Below are positions 1-10,434 of a stretch of 64,000 nucleotides of DNA, in pieces. The position numbers and the translations under genes were made by a program. Origin of the DNA: Sphaerodactylus townsendi. Its lineage: Eukaryota. Location of the stretch: positions 25,234,001-25,298,000 of the forward strand of contig NC_059429.1 in the NCBI RefSeq assembly GCF_021028975.2, in the 5' to 3' direction. Under the pieces are notes generated by a model. The model was not told where the DNA came from. It saw only the letters and a program-made list of their open reading frames with translations, and did no database searches. Within the stretch, counting starts at the first letter, position 1. Each line of letters begins with the position of its first letter.

Positions 1-358
1 ATTGAAATCACTATACACTAGATATATTTTCATATTTTTGTTCATGACAGATATGATTATTATCTGAAATAAAATCAAGTTTGCAACAGACAATTTTGAC
101 ATCTGTCCACATACATGAAAAATGCTGTAGCAAGCCTAGGACAGTGATGACAAACCTTTTAGGTTCAGTGTGTCAAATTTTTTGGAAAATGCCCAACTTG
201 ACTCTGCTAATGTGTAAAAAACCCCACCTCAAAAAGAGAGAAATGATTCTTTACATAGTTGTTGTGGTTTTTGTTGAAGCAGCAGTTACTCGGAGTAGAC
301 CACCTTGTAGGATGCAATGTAGAAAAGAACTGACAGACACACAGTCACCAGTGCACAC

Positions 359-464
359 AGCTGTGTGGCCGTGGTCTGGTAGATCTTGTTCCTAACGTTT
401 CACCTGCATCTGTGGCTGGCATCTTCAGAGGTGTATCACAGAGAAGTCTGTCATACACTGTGTC
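359..464 (-). mobile_element. Penelope-like element (PLE) terminal fragment fused to CR1
   Basis: Same sequence as 13621-13730 and 6175-6260; contains a hammerhead motif; joined directly to the CR1 ORF2 end at ~464/465. Confidence 0.7.
391..431 (-). ncRNA. Minimal type I hammerhead ribozyme motif (PLE-type)
   Basis: Reverse complement reads cct-CTGAAGA-t-gcc...ggt-GAAA-cgtt-agg: core boxes, stem I cct/agg, stem II, palindromic stem III. Confidence 0.6.
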
Positions 465-1530
465 CAGTGAATTCCACTGTCAAACAGCCCTGACAGTCAG
501 AAAGTTCTTCCTAATGTTTAGGTGGAATCTCTTTTCCTGCATCTTGAATCCATTACTTCATGTCTAGTCTCTGAGGCAGCAGAAAACAAGCTTGCTCCCT
601 CTTCGACATGGCATCCCTTCAAATATTTAAACATCGCTATCATGTCCCCCCTTAACCTTCGCTTCTCTAGTCTAAACATCCCCAGCTCCCTAAGTCTCTC
701 CTCATAGGGCATGGATTCCAGACCTTTTACCATTTTGGTTGCCCTCTTCTGGACACCTTCCAGCTTGTCAATATCCTTCTTAAATTGTGGTGTCCAGAAC
801 TAAACATAGTACTCAAGGTGACATCTGACCAATGCAGAGTAGAGTAGTACAATTACTTCCCTCGTTCTAGACACTATACTCTTATTGATGCATCCCAGAA
901 TTGCATTGGCTTTCTTGGCTGCCATATCACACTGCTGACTGTTGTTCAGTTTGTGGTCTACTAAGACTCCCAGATCCTTTTCACATGTACTGTTGTCAAG
1001 CCAGGAGTTACCCATCCTATATCTGTGCATTTCATTTTTTTTTCTGCCCTAGTGTAGTATCTTACATTTATCTCTGTTGGAATTCATTTTGTTAGTTTTG
1101 GTCCAGCTCTCTAATCTGTCCAGATCATTTTGAATCCTGCCCCTGTCCTCCAGGGAACTAGCTATCCCTCCTAATTTGGTATCATCTGCAAATCTGATTA
1201 ACATGCCCTGTATTTCATTATCTAAGTCATTGATAAAAATATTGAATAGCACTGGGCCCAGGACAGAACCCTGTGGCTCTCCACTGCTCACTTCTCTCCA
1301 GGATGAAAATGAGCCATTGATGAGAACTCTTTGTGTTCAGCCAGTCAACCAATTACAAATCCATCTAACAGTTGCATTATCTAGTCCACATCTTTCCAGT
1401 TTACTCGTAAAGAATATTGTGGGGTTTGTCAAAGGCCTTACTAAAATCAAGGGATATTACGTCCACAGCATTCCCGTCATCTACCAAGTTTGTCACTATC
1501 AAAAAAGAGATAAGATTAGTCTGGCATGAC
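465..1530 (-). mobile_element. CR1 LINE ORF2 (RT and C-terminal) fragment, degenerate
   Basis: ORFs carry PQGSVLGPVLFNIFINDLD, FADDTKL, EKDLGVLVD and [20 protein letters not shown] motifs; frameshifts and stops. Confidence 0.95.
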
Positions 1531-1561
1531 TGTTGATTTTCAATGATCACTTTATTCCCTT

Positions 1562-1819
1562 NNNNNNNNNNNNNNNNNNNNNNNNNNNNNNNNNNNNNNN
1601 NNNNNNNNNNNNNNNNNNNNNNNNNNNNNNNNNNNNNNNNNNNNNNNNNNNNNNNNNNNNNNNNNNNNNNNNNNNNNNNNNNNNNNNNNNNNNNNNNNNN
1701 NNNNNNNNNNNNNNNNNNNNNNNNNNNNNNNNNNNNNNNNNNNNNNNNNNNNNNNNNNNNNNNNNNNNNNNNNNNNNNNNNNNNNNNNNNNNNNNNNNNN
1801 NNNNNNNNNNNNNNNNNNN
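1562..1819. other. Assembly gap (N run)
   Basis: N bases. Confidence 1.
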
Positions 1820-1983
1820 AATGACATCATAGAAGATTTCTTACACGTATCTGAAGCTCTTTTGTGACATACCAGAATCCTCCTTCAGGCAGTGGGCTGC
1901 AATCGGGTCTCCCCAGCACTCATGCTAGGAGCCTGAACATAATGGAACAACACATGTGACTAGAATACCTTCTTGCCGAAATA

Positions 1984-2289
1984 ATGTTTCTGCAAAGGCC
2001 TTTGCAAATTCTTCTCTTTTGGACTGTCATCTTGTTCCTAGATTTTGTTGATACATGTGAACGGCCGGCTTGGGCGGCAGTTGTTTCGGATATGAAAGAT
2101 TCCATGCCATTATCTGCAAAACAATCTTACAGGATATACAGCTCATTGTGTGAGATCTGGCGTAGGTTACCAAGCCTATTCGAAGGGTGCCTACATGTTT
2201 TAGATGCCCGCTGTAAAGTGGTACTCTGCATATCTGTGATTTTATTTCTTCTCTACCTTTTACCCAAACTGGAAACGATAAGGAGAAAG
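1984..2289 (+). CDS. TEX50: TEX50-like copy A, coding exon 1
   Basis: ATG at 1984, donor GT at 2290. Confidence 0.75.
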
Positions 2290-4264
2290 GTAAGATGTGT
2301 AGCAGTTGTGTGATAAAGAAAACATTGCATAGCACTTAACATTCGCTGAAGACAATAACATTTATTTTAAAACTGACTCTGCCTTGACTGGAGGGAGATG
2401 GGAAACACCTTCAAAATAATAATATTAACTTGAGACAGGGACTTGGGAAACCAGAATGTCAGCTAGAGCAGTTTCACCATAAAGAATAAACCCTAACATA
2501 TAATAGCTAAGACAGAGAGTGCACAGCTACACTAAAAACATACATTTTCAGAATCAGAAACCTTTATTAGGCATCAGGTTAAAAGAAGGTCCAGAGAGAA
2601 AGAACAGTGCAGCACCACAAATACAAAACAATAATGAACGAAAAAAATTAAAAAGGAAACTGAGGTCTCCAAAACTTTCATCAAGTACTTGGTCACATCT
2701 CTGTTATCATGCTATCCTCATTATTTAGGAGAAAACAAATCCAGATTTAAACAGAACAGTCCCTCACAGAGGTGGGCATGAGGCAGCAAAACTCTGGTCT
2801 AAAGCTAGCATACTTAGGGCACATGAACAAAATGTTTCCACAACAGTGGTACAGTATGAACAGACCCATTCCTGGTTAACTGTTCCTGGTTAACAATATT
2901 CTGGAATCACCCTGAAAGCAGGGCAGAAGGAAATGTGTTACTTCTAGCCCCTGTAAGAGTCCATCTTTGTTTTGGTGTAAATATTGTATTTAAATAACTT
3001 GCAGTTTGGGCTTTCTAAGGGACAATGCCAAAATATAAGGGAGAACATGAGTTTCCAGCCCTGCTAGTTAGGTACTGATATTCTTGATCAAGTAGGCGAT
3101 CCCTGATTGTACAAAACAATTCATTGGGTGCTAGCATGTGGAGAAAATCCCAGGAAAGCCTCAGAGAAGCCAGCTTTTTGTCAATGAGTGCCCACCAATG
3201 AGAGGCACAAAGGTGTGATAAAGCAAAGTAGGTAAAGCTATTCGCATTGACAGAAAAACAGAGTTAGAGGCAGAATTTAAGAGCGAGTAACCAGGCTCCA
3301 GTACTCAAAAGATGCTGACTTCCAAACATAGGGCTGCATAGGTAATGCAGTGAGGGACCCCAAACAGTTTGTACATAAAACTAGATTTGTTGTAAGGATG
3401 GGTTCCAGGCACAGATCCGTAGGGGAACTCCATATTAAAGCAATTGGATTACCTTTTAATTAAATATCTTTAGGGCCACAGATATGTACTGATCTCCTTT
3501 GGAGTAAATATTTTTTTACTACAGCAGCCGAGGTGGATTTGGGAATAGGAACAACAATTTTTGCTAATTCCACCCTCTTGCTGTAGATGCCTTCTTTTCC
3601 TCCCAGGCTGTCTAGAAAGGTCCCATTTCCCTCAAGAACTGCATTTTGGGAAGGGACTTGATATGCTGTGGTGGAGGCGGGGGCGGGGGAGGAATGTACT
3701 GTTTTATCAGTGGAGCTTTATTAACAGTGCTTTGGATCCAAACCAAAGAATAAAGTAGTGAAATACTATTTTTTTATCAGTGTGCCCGAACAATGCTTCA
3801 TTGAATTAATTACCACTCATCAAGCAACTGTAAAAAAAAAAACTAGTACAAAAAAGGAATCCTGCTTAATCTCTGCCAAATGTTGTTATTATTGGTGGAA
3901 AGAATTAACTCGTTTTGTCTTTTTTCTTAAAATTCCATCTGATCAGAGAGTGATCCAAGCACCAGCGGTTTCAGAGCGTGATCCAAGCACCAGTGGTTTC
4001 AAAATGACTACTGAACAGCCTCCCGACACAGAAAAGATGCTCTTCAGATTGGTGGCTAACACCTCCAAGATGATGAAGTACACGGGACACATTGCCCATC
4101 ATTACAAGAAAGAAGCTAGATACCATAAATTAAGAAAAAAGAAAACAGACGAGGACATTGATGACAACCAGTATTTCCCTATTCGTTCCCATTATTACAG
4201 CTCCAGTGGGGACACAAGCTACGCATGGAATCCAAACAGCAACAAGATAAAAGACTCAAATTGA
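1984..4264 (+). CDS. TEX50: TEX50-like single-pass membrane protein, copy A; join(1984..2289,3947..4264), 207 aa
   Basis: Signal-peptide-like N-terminus, CERPAW motif, TM segment VVLCISVILFLLYLL, basic stop-transfer; AAG|GTAAGA donor and CAG acceptor, both phase 0; exon 2 DTEKMLFRLVANTS...HKLRKKK resembles recalled human TEX50; same nested antisense position in ANKRD45 as in human. Confidence 0.75.
3947..4264 (+). CDS. TEX50: TEX50-like copy A, coding exon 2
   Basis: Pyrimidine tract and CAG at 3944-3946, TGA at 4262-4264. Confidence 0.72.
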   Translation, partial: RVIQAPAVSERDPSTSGFKMTTEQPPDTEKMLFRLVANTSKMMKYTGHIAHHYKKEARYHKLRKKKTDEDIDDNQYFPIRSHYYSSSGDTSYAWNPNSNKIKDSN

Positions 4265-4961
4265 ATCAATGTATTAATTGCAGTCATGGGCCAGACCAAA
4301 TACAATAAATAAATATGCTATATCATAACACACCAAACACCTCTACAAAACCTTAACATGCCTCTGCAAAATATCAAAATGCTACTACGAACCATTAAAA
4401 TATTAAAATATGGTAAGGAGTACCACAACAGGTAGGAGAGATCTAGCTTTAGTCAGTGATTCTTTTATCAGGGTATCAGGCAACTGTTTCTAATCCTAAT
4501 TGCTAGCCAAGTGTACTTGGCAAGATTATTAATGAACTCCTGGTTCGTATCTGATAGTAATGTTTTCAGTCTCTGTTTCCTCTGATTGACAGGGAAGTCA
4601 ATGAGAATTGGCAACAGTGGGCCTTTCTGTACATGATTATAAATCTTGCTCACAAAGAGAACATGTTCTGCTGTTTCTATGCTCCCATCTTGGCAGATAC
4701 AGATCTGATCTTCGATCAGGGACCAGGTGTATTTCCCTTCAATAAATGCAGAGGGGCGAGCATTATAGTGTAGAAGAGTAAAAGCTCTTATATACTCAGA
4801 ATTTGTGGTTAGAAACATAGGGCACCAGAGTAAGCTTATTAAGCAAGGATTTATCAAAGCTAGGATTCATTATCCTGTTATAAGAGGCTGCTCTTCGACC
4901 TTAATTTGACGTTTCTCTTGGTCCGGTAAAACATAATCCCTAACATAGTCCATAACCCGTG

Positions 4962-5069
4962 CACAGGTGTCAAACTCATGGCCCTCCAGATGTTATGGAT
5001 TACAGTTCCCATCATCCCCTGCTAACTGTAGTCCATAACATCTGGAGGGCCACGAGTTTGACACCTATG
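4962..5069. mobile_element. Palindromic hAT-type MITE
   Basis: Arms caggtgtcaaactc...gagtttgacacct; same family as 52409-52532. Confidence 0.8.
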
Positions 5070-5512
5070 GATGAGAGAGACGATAACTGCTGTGTTAGTG
5101 CTTTTTGCCAAGGCGCAACTAACATATCCAAAACAATTAAACAGGCCCTTCTGGCAAAAAAGCAATTTTACCCCGACATTAAAGTAACAATCCATAGTTT
5201 TGACTGGACTGTCACCACTCCTCTCTCTGTCTGGACTGGTGCATTTGAGATATTATTTGGTAGCTGGAAAATTGTTTTCAGGAATTTAGATTGTATTAGC
5301 TCCAGACTATGGGGGTTACCAGTGATGCTTATGGGGACACTGTATAGCAGCCAGGCAAGAGGCTTGGCTTTAAATAACGTACCGTAACAGCAGCTGGAAC
5401 ACAACATGCACCTCTGTACCAGAATTTCTGTATAGCGCCTATGCTTTTCTGCACATTGAGATATATTTCATATGGGAATTCCTAGAATGTGAGGCTTGCA
5501 AGACAACACCAG

Positions 5513-5630
5513 GGATCATTCCGCATGGGCCAAAAACAGCAGTGTGAAAACGGTGTAAAAGGGTTTAAAGCGGTGTAAAAGGGTTTATACCGTTTTCACA
5601 CCACTGTTTTTGGCCCATGCGGAATCAGCC
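5513..5630. mobile_element. Palindromic PIF/Harbinger-like MITE
   Basis: Arms attccgcatgggccaaaaacag / ctgtttttggcccatgcggaat; same family as 49960-50099. Confidence 0.7.
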
Positions 5631-6154
5631 CAAGATAATCATAGAACTAGATCTGTTCTAGGGAAATCCTATTTAAACTTCATGAATGTATTCTAGGCTT
5701 ACTGAGATAAATCAATTGGTCTTCTTATGATTGACTTCTACCTGGTTCAGTTGGCAATAATTGGCCAGTACACTTAATGTCCTCCAGAGGCTGATAGGGG
5801 TCCTCGAAAAAGAAATAAGCCATTTAAATAAAGGAGCAGAGAAATATGTTTTCCAGCAGTTTTGGACGGACGATAATGTATGTTCTTGAGGTGGGAAACC
5901 ATGTCATTGATATGCAAAAGTGGAGCTATGATGCAGCCTTGCTTCACCCCTTTTCTTGATCTTATTAAATTAGCAAAATGACTTTGTAGGCTGCATTTAA
6001 CACTAATAGCTGTATTTTCCTGCAGAACCTTTATCAGAAAAAGGAGCAGTCCATCAGTGGGGGTGTTACTCAATGTATCCCACAAGGTATCTCCAGAGAT
6101 GGAGTCAAATGCCACTTGAAAGTTAATAAAAGCAACATAAAGAGATATTGTGGC

Positions 6155-6333
6155 TGGTTGTTGTGGGTTTTCTGGGCTGTGTGGCCGTGGTCTGGTAGAT
6201 CTTGTTCCGAACGTTTCGCCTGTATCTGTGGCTGGCATCTTCAGAGGTGTATCACAGAGGGCTGTGTCCTGTATACACACAGCCCAGAAAACCCACAACA
6301 ACCAGTTGAATCCGGCCGTGAAAGCCTTCGACA
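6155..6333. mobile_element. PLE-derived insertion with inverted termini; hammerhead motif at 6207-6247 (-)
   Basis: 12-bp direct repeat agatattgtggc at 6143-6154 and 6334-6345; inverted end sequences. Confidence 0.8.
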
Positions 6334-7344
6334 AGATATTGTGGCATTTGAAGAATATTTTGCCAATAAATGTCCTAGAACCATACAATGATATAAAGTA
6401 GAATGCCCCTTTCAGAATCTTCCCTGTTCTTCAGCTAGGGAGGATTCAAGCCAAACCCTTATTCAAGCCAATCCCTGAGCTTCCCAGTACAAGCGCGTAG
6501 CATAAAATGTACTTATTGTGCTAAGCAAACGTATTGATTTGTAATTGGCTGGGTCATTCTTATTTCCCTTCTTATAGATTCCCTTCTTATAGATTGCCAC
6601 TTCCCACACTTTTGGGAGTCTCCCTATTCTGTTTATTAGTGTAAACAGGTACCTACCTATCCATGTTTGTTTGTTTTTATTTGGGTCAAGTGGTACTAAG
6701 TCAAAGCCTGGAGCTTTCCCAGATCCAAGAGTTTCAATCAATTTCCTTCAGATGTTTCAACTTTTGGCCACCAGGGTAATTTATTAATAAATTCAGGACC
6801 CATTGTTTGAGGCAAATTCAATTCTAATGAGGAGCATAGCACTTTAAAGTGGGTTTCCCAGATTTTAAGGAGAATTGTTGCATATGAAGAAGACTTTTTG
6901 GGCAGACTGAGACAAGACTCCAAAATTGGGAAGAGTTTTTTTGAATTCCACAGCTCGTCTGAGTTGTTCCCACGCTTTCATTGTGGCCAATTTCTTTTTG
7001 GATTGTATAGTTATTTTGTATTTATTTTTAGGATCCTTGATTTCCTTCATGAGGCTATCTGATAGATTACATCTATAGCAGGAAAGAAACAAGAGAAAAG
7101 ACTCTTGCTTCTTTGTCTCATCTTTTAAAATGCTGCCCTTCAGCTAATCAACTGGAAGGTAAATAACAAAAGCCAGAATGTGCTCAGCATGGTCCAAAAT
7201 GTTTTCTGCGAAGGGGCTTGAAAGAAGAGCTACTCCTTTTTTCTTAAAATTTTCTTAAAATGCAAAGAAATTTGCATTTAAAATATCAGTAATTATAAGA
7301 TTATATTTGATGGACAACATGACTAAAATATGGCACTGCCTATG

Positions 7345-8060
7345 TGTTTATAAAATGCCGTCAAGTTGCTTCTGACCTATGCTGTAGGAATTAATGACTT
7401 CCAAAATGTCCAATCATTAACAGTCTTGCTCAGGTGTTGCAAACTGAGGGCTGGGGCTTCCTTGATTAAATCAATCCATCTCATGTGGTCTCTTCCTCTT
7501 TTCCTGATGTCTTCTACTTTTCCTAAAATTATAGTCTTTTCCAGTTATTCTTACCTTCTTATAATATAACCAGTATTCCCTGGAAGCCACACAGGTGTGC
7601 GGCCAGTAAATATTGGTGACTCAGATCCGTGCAGCGCTTGGTTAGAGAGACTGTTGAATGTAATCAAAGTACAATTGCCTCTGTTTAGTCATTTTAACTT
7701 TCAGGGAGAGTTCAGGTTTCATTTGATTTGGAACCGACTTATTTATCTTTTTGGTGGTCCGCAGCATCCAAATAGCAGCAATACCACATTTCAGATTACT
7801 CAACTTTCTTCCTGTCAGCTTTCTTCATTGTCCACTTTTCACATGCATACATAGTAATGGGGATGTATCTTGATCTTGGTTGCCTGTGACACATTGTTAC
7901 ACGTATGGATCTTAAGTGCCCCTCCCAGTCTCAGTCTTCATATTTCTTGGTTGAAGTCTCCCTTTTGGTTGATGATGGAGCTCAGGAATAGAAAATCAAC
8001 AACAATTTTAATTTCTCCGAAGTCAACCTTCAAATTGTGTAATTCCTTTCGTCTTCTTGA
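7345..8060 (-). mobile_element. RTE-clade LINE 3' fragments
   Basis: caatccatctc...cttcctcttttcctg...gtcttttccag and ttcttcattgtcca...catgcatacat resemble the RTE/BovB 3' region in reverse. Confidence 0.6.
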
Positions 8061-8308
8061 TATTTAGTTGCAAACACACTTTGGCACTTTGGCTTTAACT
8101 TTTGTCACACACTTGGCTTGTCGAGAAACGCCTTGGAGTCCTTGACGACATCATAGCAAATTTCTTACAAGTATCTGGAGCTCCTTTATGACATACCAGA
8201 ATCCTCCTTCAGGCAGTGGGGCTGCAATCGGGTCTCCCCAGCACTCATGCTGGGAGCCTGAACATAATGGAACAACACATGTGACTGGAATATCTTCTTG
8301 CCGAAATA

Positions 8309-8626
8309 ATGTTTCCGCAATGGCCTTTGCAAATTTTTCTCTTTTGGACTATCTTCTTGTTCTTAGATGTTGTTGATACTTTTGAAAAGCCGGCTTGGGC
8401 GACAGTTGGCTGGGATATGCCTCCGCAAGATTCCACACCACTGTCTGTAGAACAACCCAGCGGCATATACAACTCATTGTGTGAGATCTGGCGCCGGTTT
8501 CCTGGCCTGGGGCTATCCAAAAGGTGTCTACGTGTTTTAGATGCCAGTTGTAAAGTGGCACTCTGCATATCTGTGATTTTATTTCTTCTCTACCTTTTAC
8601 CCAGACTGAAAACGATAAGGAAAAAG
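8309..8626 (+). CDS. TEX50: TEX50-like copy B, coding exon 1
   Basis: ATG at 8309, AAG|GTAAGA donor at 8627. Confidence 0.78.
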
Positions 8627-10052
8627 GTAAGATGTGTAGCAGTTGTGTGATAAGGAAAACATTCCACTCTTAACTAACTGGTTACGCAGCACCTGTTTCA
8701 CTGCAAAGAACATAATTTACTTTTAAACTCACTGGGCTGTCCCACAGGAGGCAGTCAGACTGGGAGGGTGAGGGAGCGGCAGGGTGGGAAACTCCTTCAA
8801 AATAATAATATTAATTTGAGACAGGGGGTTGGGATTAGGAATAAGATATTTATGTGTCTCAGGGAATGCACTGCTTGTTGTGTAGGAAGTAAGAATAGGC
8901 CAAGAACATCTGAAGGGTCTGACGAGATCTCCCCTCCAACTGGGCAATCTAGCAGTGCAATCCCATGGAGAGTTATTCCAATGCAAAAGATTCCCCTCTC
9001 CTCCATATGAAGCCTGCTGGGTGACCTTGGGCCAATTACGGTTCTTTTAAAACTCTTTCAGTTCATGCAGAAGCAGCCAGCGGCAAACCACCTCTCTCAT
9101 TCTCTCATAGCCTTGAAAAGCCCATGGGGTCACCGCAAGTCAGCTGCATCTTGATGGCACTTTACACAGACACAAGCCCACTGAAATCAGTATGTGCACA
9201 CTAGACTAACTCTGCATAGAACTGCACGATAGGACACCACTGAGGGTCCCACCATTAAGAACTCAACCCTTTGACTGTTTTAGTTGCTGATCCCCTTTGC
9301 CTTTAACAGAAGCTTGAGGAAAAAAAGGTTGTATTCAGATGTCCTTTCTGCAGATAGACAGAAAACCCTTTGGTCTAAAGAATGGGGACAGCAGTTTTTG
9401 CTGATTTCACCCTCTTGCTGTAGATGCCTTCTTTTCCTTCCAGGCTGTCTGGGAAGGTCCCATTTCCTTCAAGAGCTGCATTTGGGGAAGAGGCTTGATA
9501 TGCTGCAGTGAAAGCGGGGGCGGGGGGGGGGGTTTGGAATGTTGGAACCCTATTGAGAGTACTTTGGATCCAATCCAAAGACTAAAGTAGTGAAAGCCTA
9601 CTCTTTATCTGTGTGCCAGAAAAGTGCTTCACTGAATTAATTACCCCCCACCCCCATCAAGCAAACATTAAAAAATTAGTACAAAAAAAGGAACCCTGCT
9701 TAATCTCTGTCAAATGTTGATATTCTTGGAGGAAAGAATTAACTCATTTTGTCTTTTTTTCCCTAAAATTCCACCTGGGCAGAGAATGATCCAGGCACCA
9801 GTTTCTTCACCCGCTGTCAACATGACTACTGAATGGCCCCCAGACACAGAAGAGATGCTCTTCATATTGGTGGCTAACACCTCCAAGATGATGAAGTACA
9901 TGAGACTAGTTGCCCGTCATTACAGGAAAGAAACTAGACACCATAAACTAAGAAAAACGGAAAAAGCTGAAGACACTGACGACAAACAGTATTTCGCTAT
10001 TGGTTCCCACCATCACAGCTCCAGCGGGGACACAACCATGTATGGCATCTAA
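8309..10052 (+). CDS. TEX50: TEX50-like single-pass membrane protein, copy B; join(8309..8626,9783..10052), 195 aa
   Basis: Paralog of copy A; AWATVGWD matches recalled human VWTKVGWE; TM VALCISVILFLLYLL; phase-0 GT-AG intron; AATAAA at 10411-10416. Confidence 0.78.
9005..9168 (+). mobile_element. SINE 3' fragment in the copy B intron
   Basis: gcctgctgggtgaccttgggc core followed by a ggcaaaccacctct...cttgatggcac tail. Confidence 0.6.
9783..10052 (+). CDS. TEX50: TEX50-like copy B, coding exon 2
   Basis: CAG at 9780-9782, TAA at 10050-10052. Confidence 0.75.
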   Translation, partial: RMIQAPVSSPAVNMTTEWPPDTEEMLFILVANTSKMMKYMRLVARHYRKETRHHKLRKTEKAEDTDDKQYFAIGSHHHSSSGDTTMYGI

Positions 10053-10434
10053 ACAGCAACCAGAGAAAAGACTCATGGTTCTTTGTATGATTGCAATGCT
10101 GCCCTTAAGCTAACCAACAGGAAGCTTGGTCCCCACTCTCAAGAACTGACTAATTAAGAGTCAATTTAGGAATGAGTTATATGCATTAAACAGTCTTCTG
10201 CCTGGTGGGAAATGACATTTCCATCAAGTCTTGTTAAGGACATCATAACAGCAAATGCTTCTCCCATTAATGCTGATGCCTTCCCCATAAAACGAAAGGG
10301 TGGGCAGCCAGTTAAGAGCTGCAAAAGCGTGTATTGCCAAGAAGGGTTCACTGTGTGCTGCCCCGAACCAAAGACACACACATGACCAGCTCTGCTTGGA
10401 AGGCCATAACAATAAATTCTGAACATCAACCAGT

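Larger units (their letters stand above)
4262..7100 (-). mobile_element. Degenerate non-LTR retrotransposon (RTE/RTEX-like RT), interrupted by MITE and PLE insertions
   Basis: ORF remnants KAPGFD, DPANYKSIRLLS, YVAFINF-VAFDSI, GVKQGCIIAPLL and C-terminal CICQDGSIETAEHVLF; exact clade uncertain. Confidence 0.8.

Noticed and set aside
5774-6388. 204-aa ORF as a novel gene
   Set aside because: Chance read-through of a PLE insertion into a decayed LINE RT, lacking an intact YADD-type motif
6865-7092. Possible downstream ANKRD45 exon
   Set aside because: Collinear with the LINE ORF2 remnants and no match to the ANKRD45 C-terminus; the remaining exons lie outside the window
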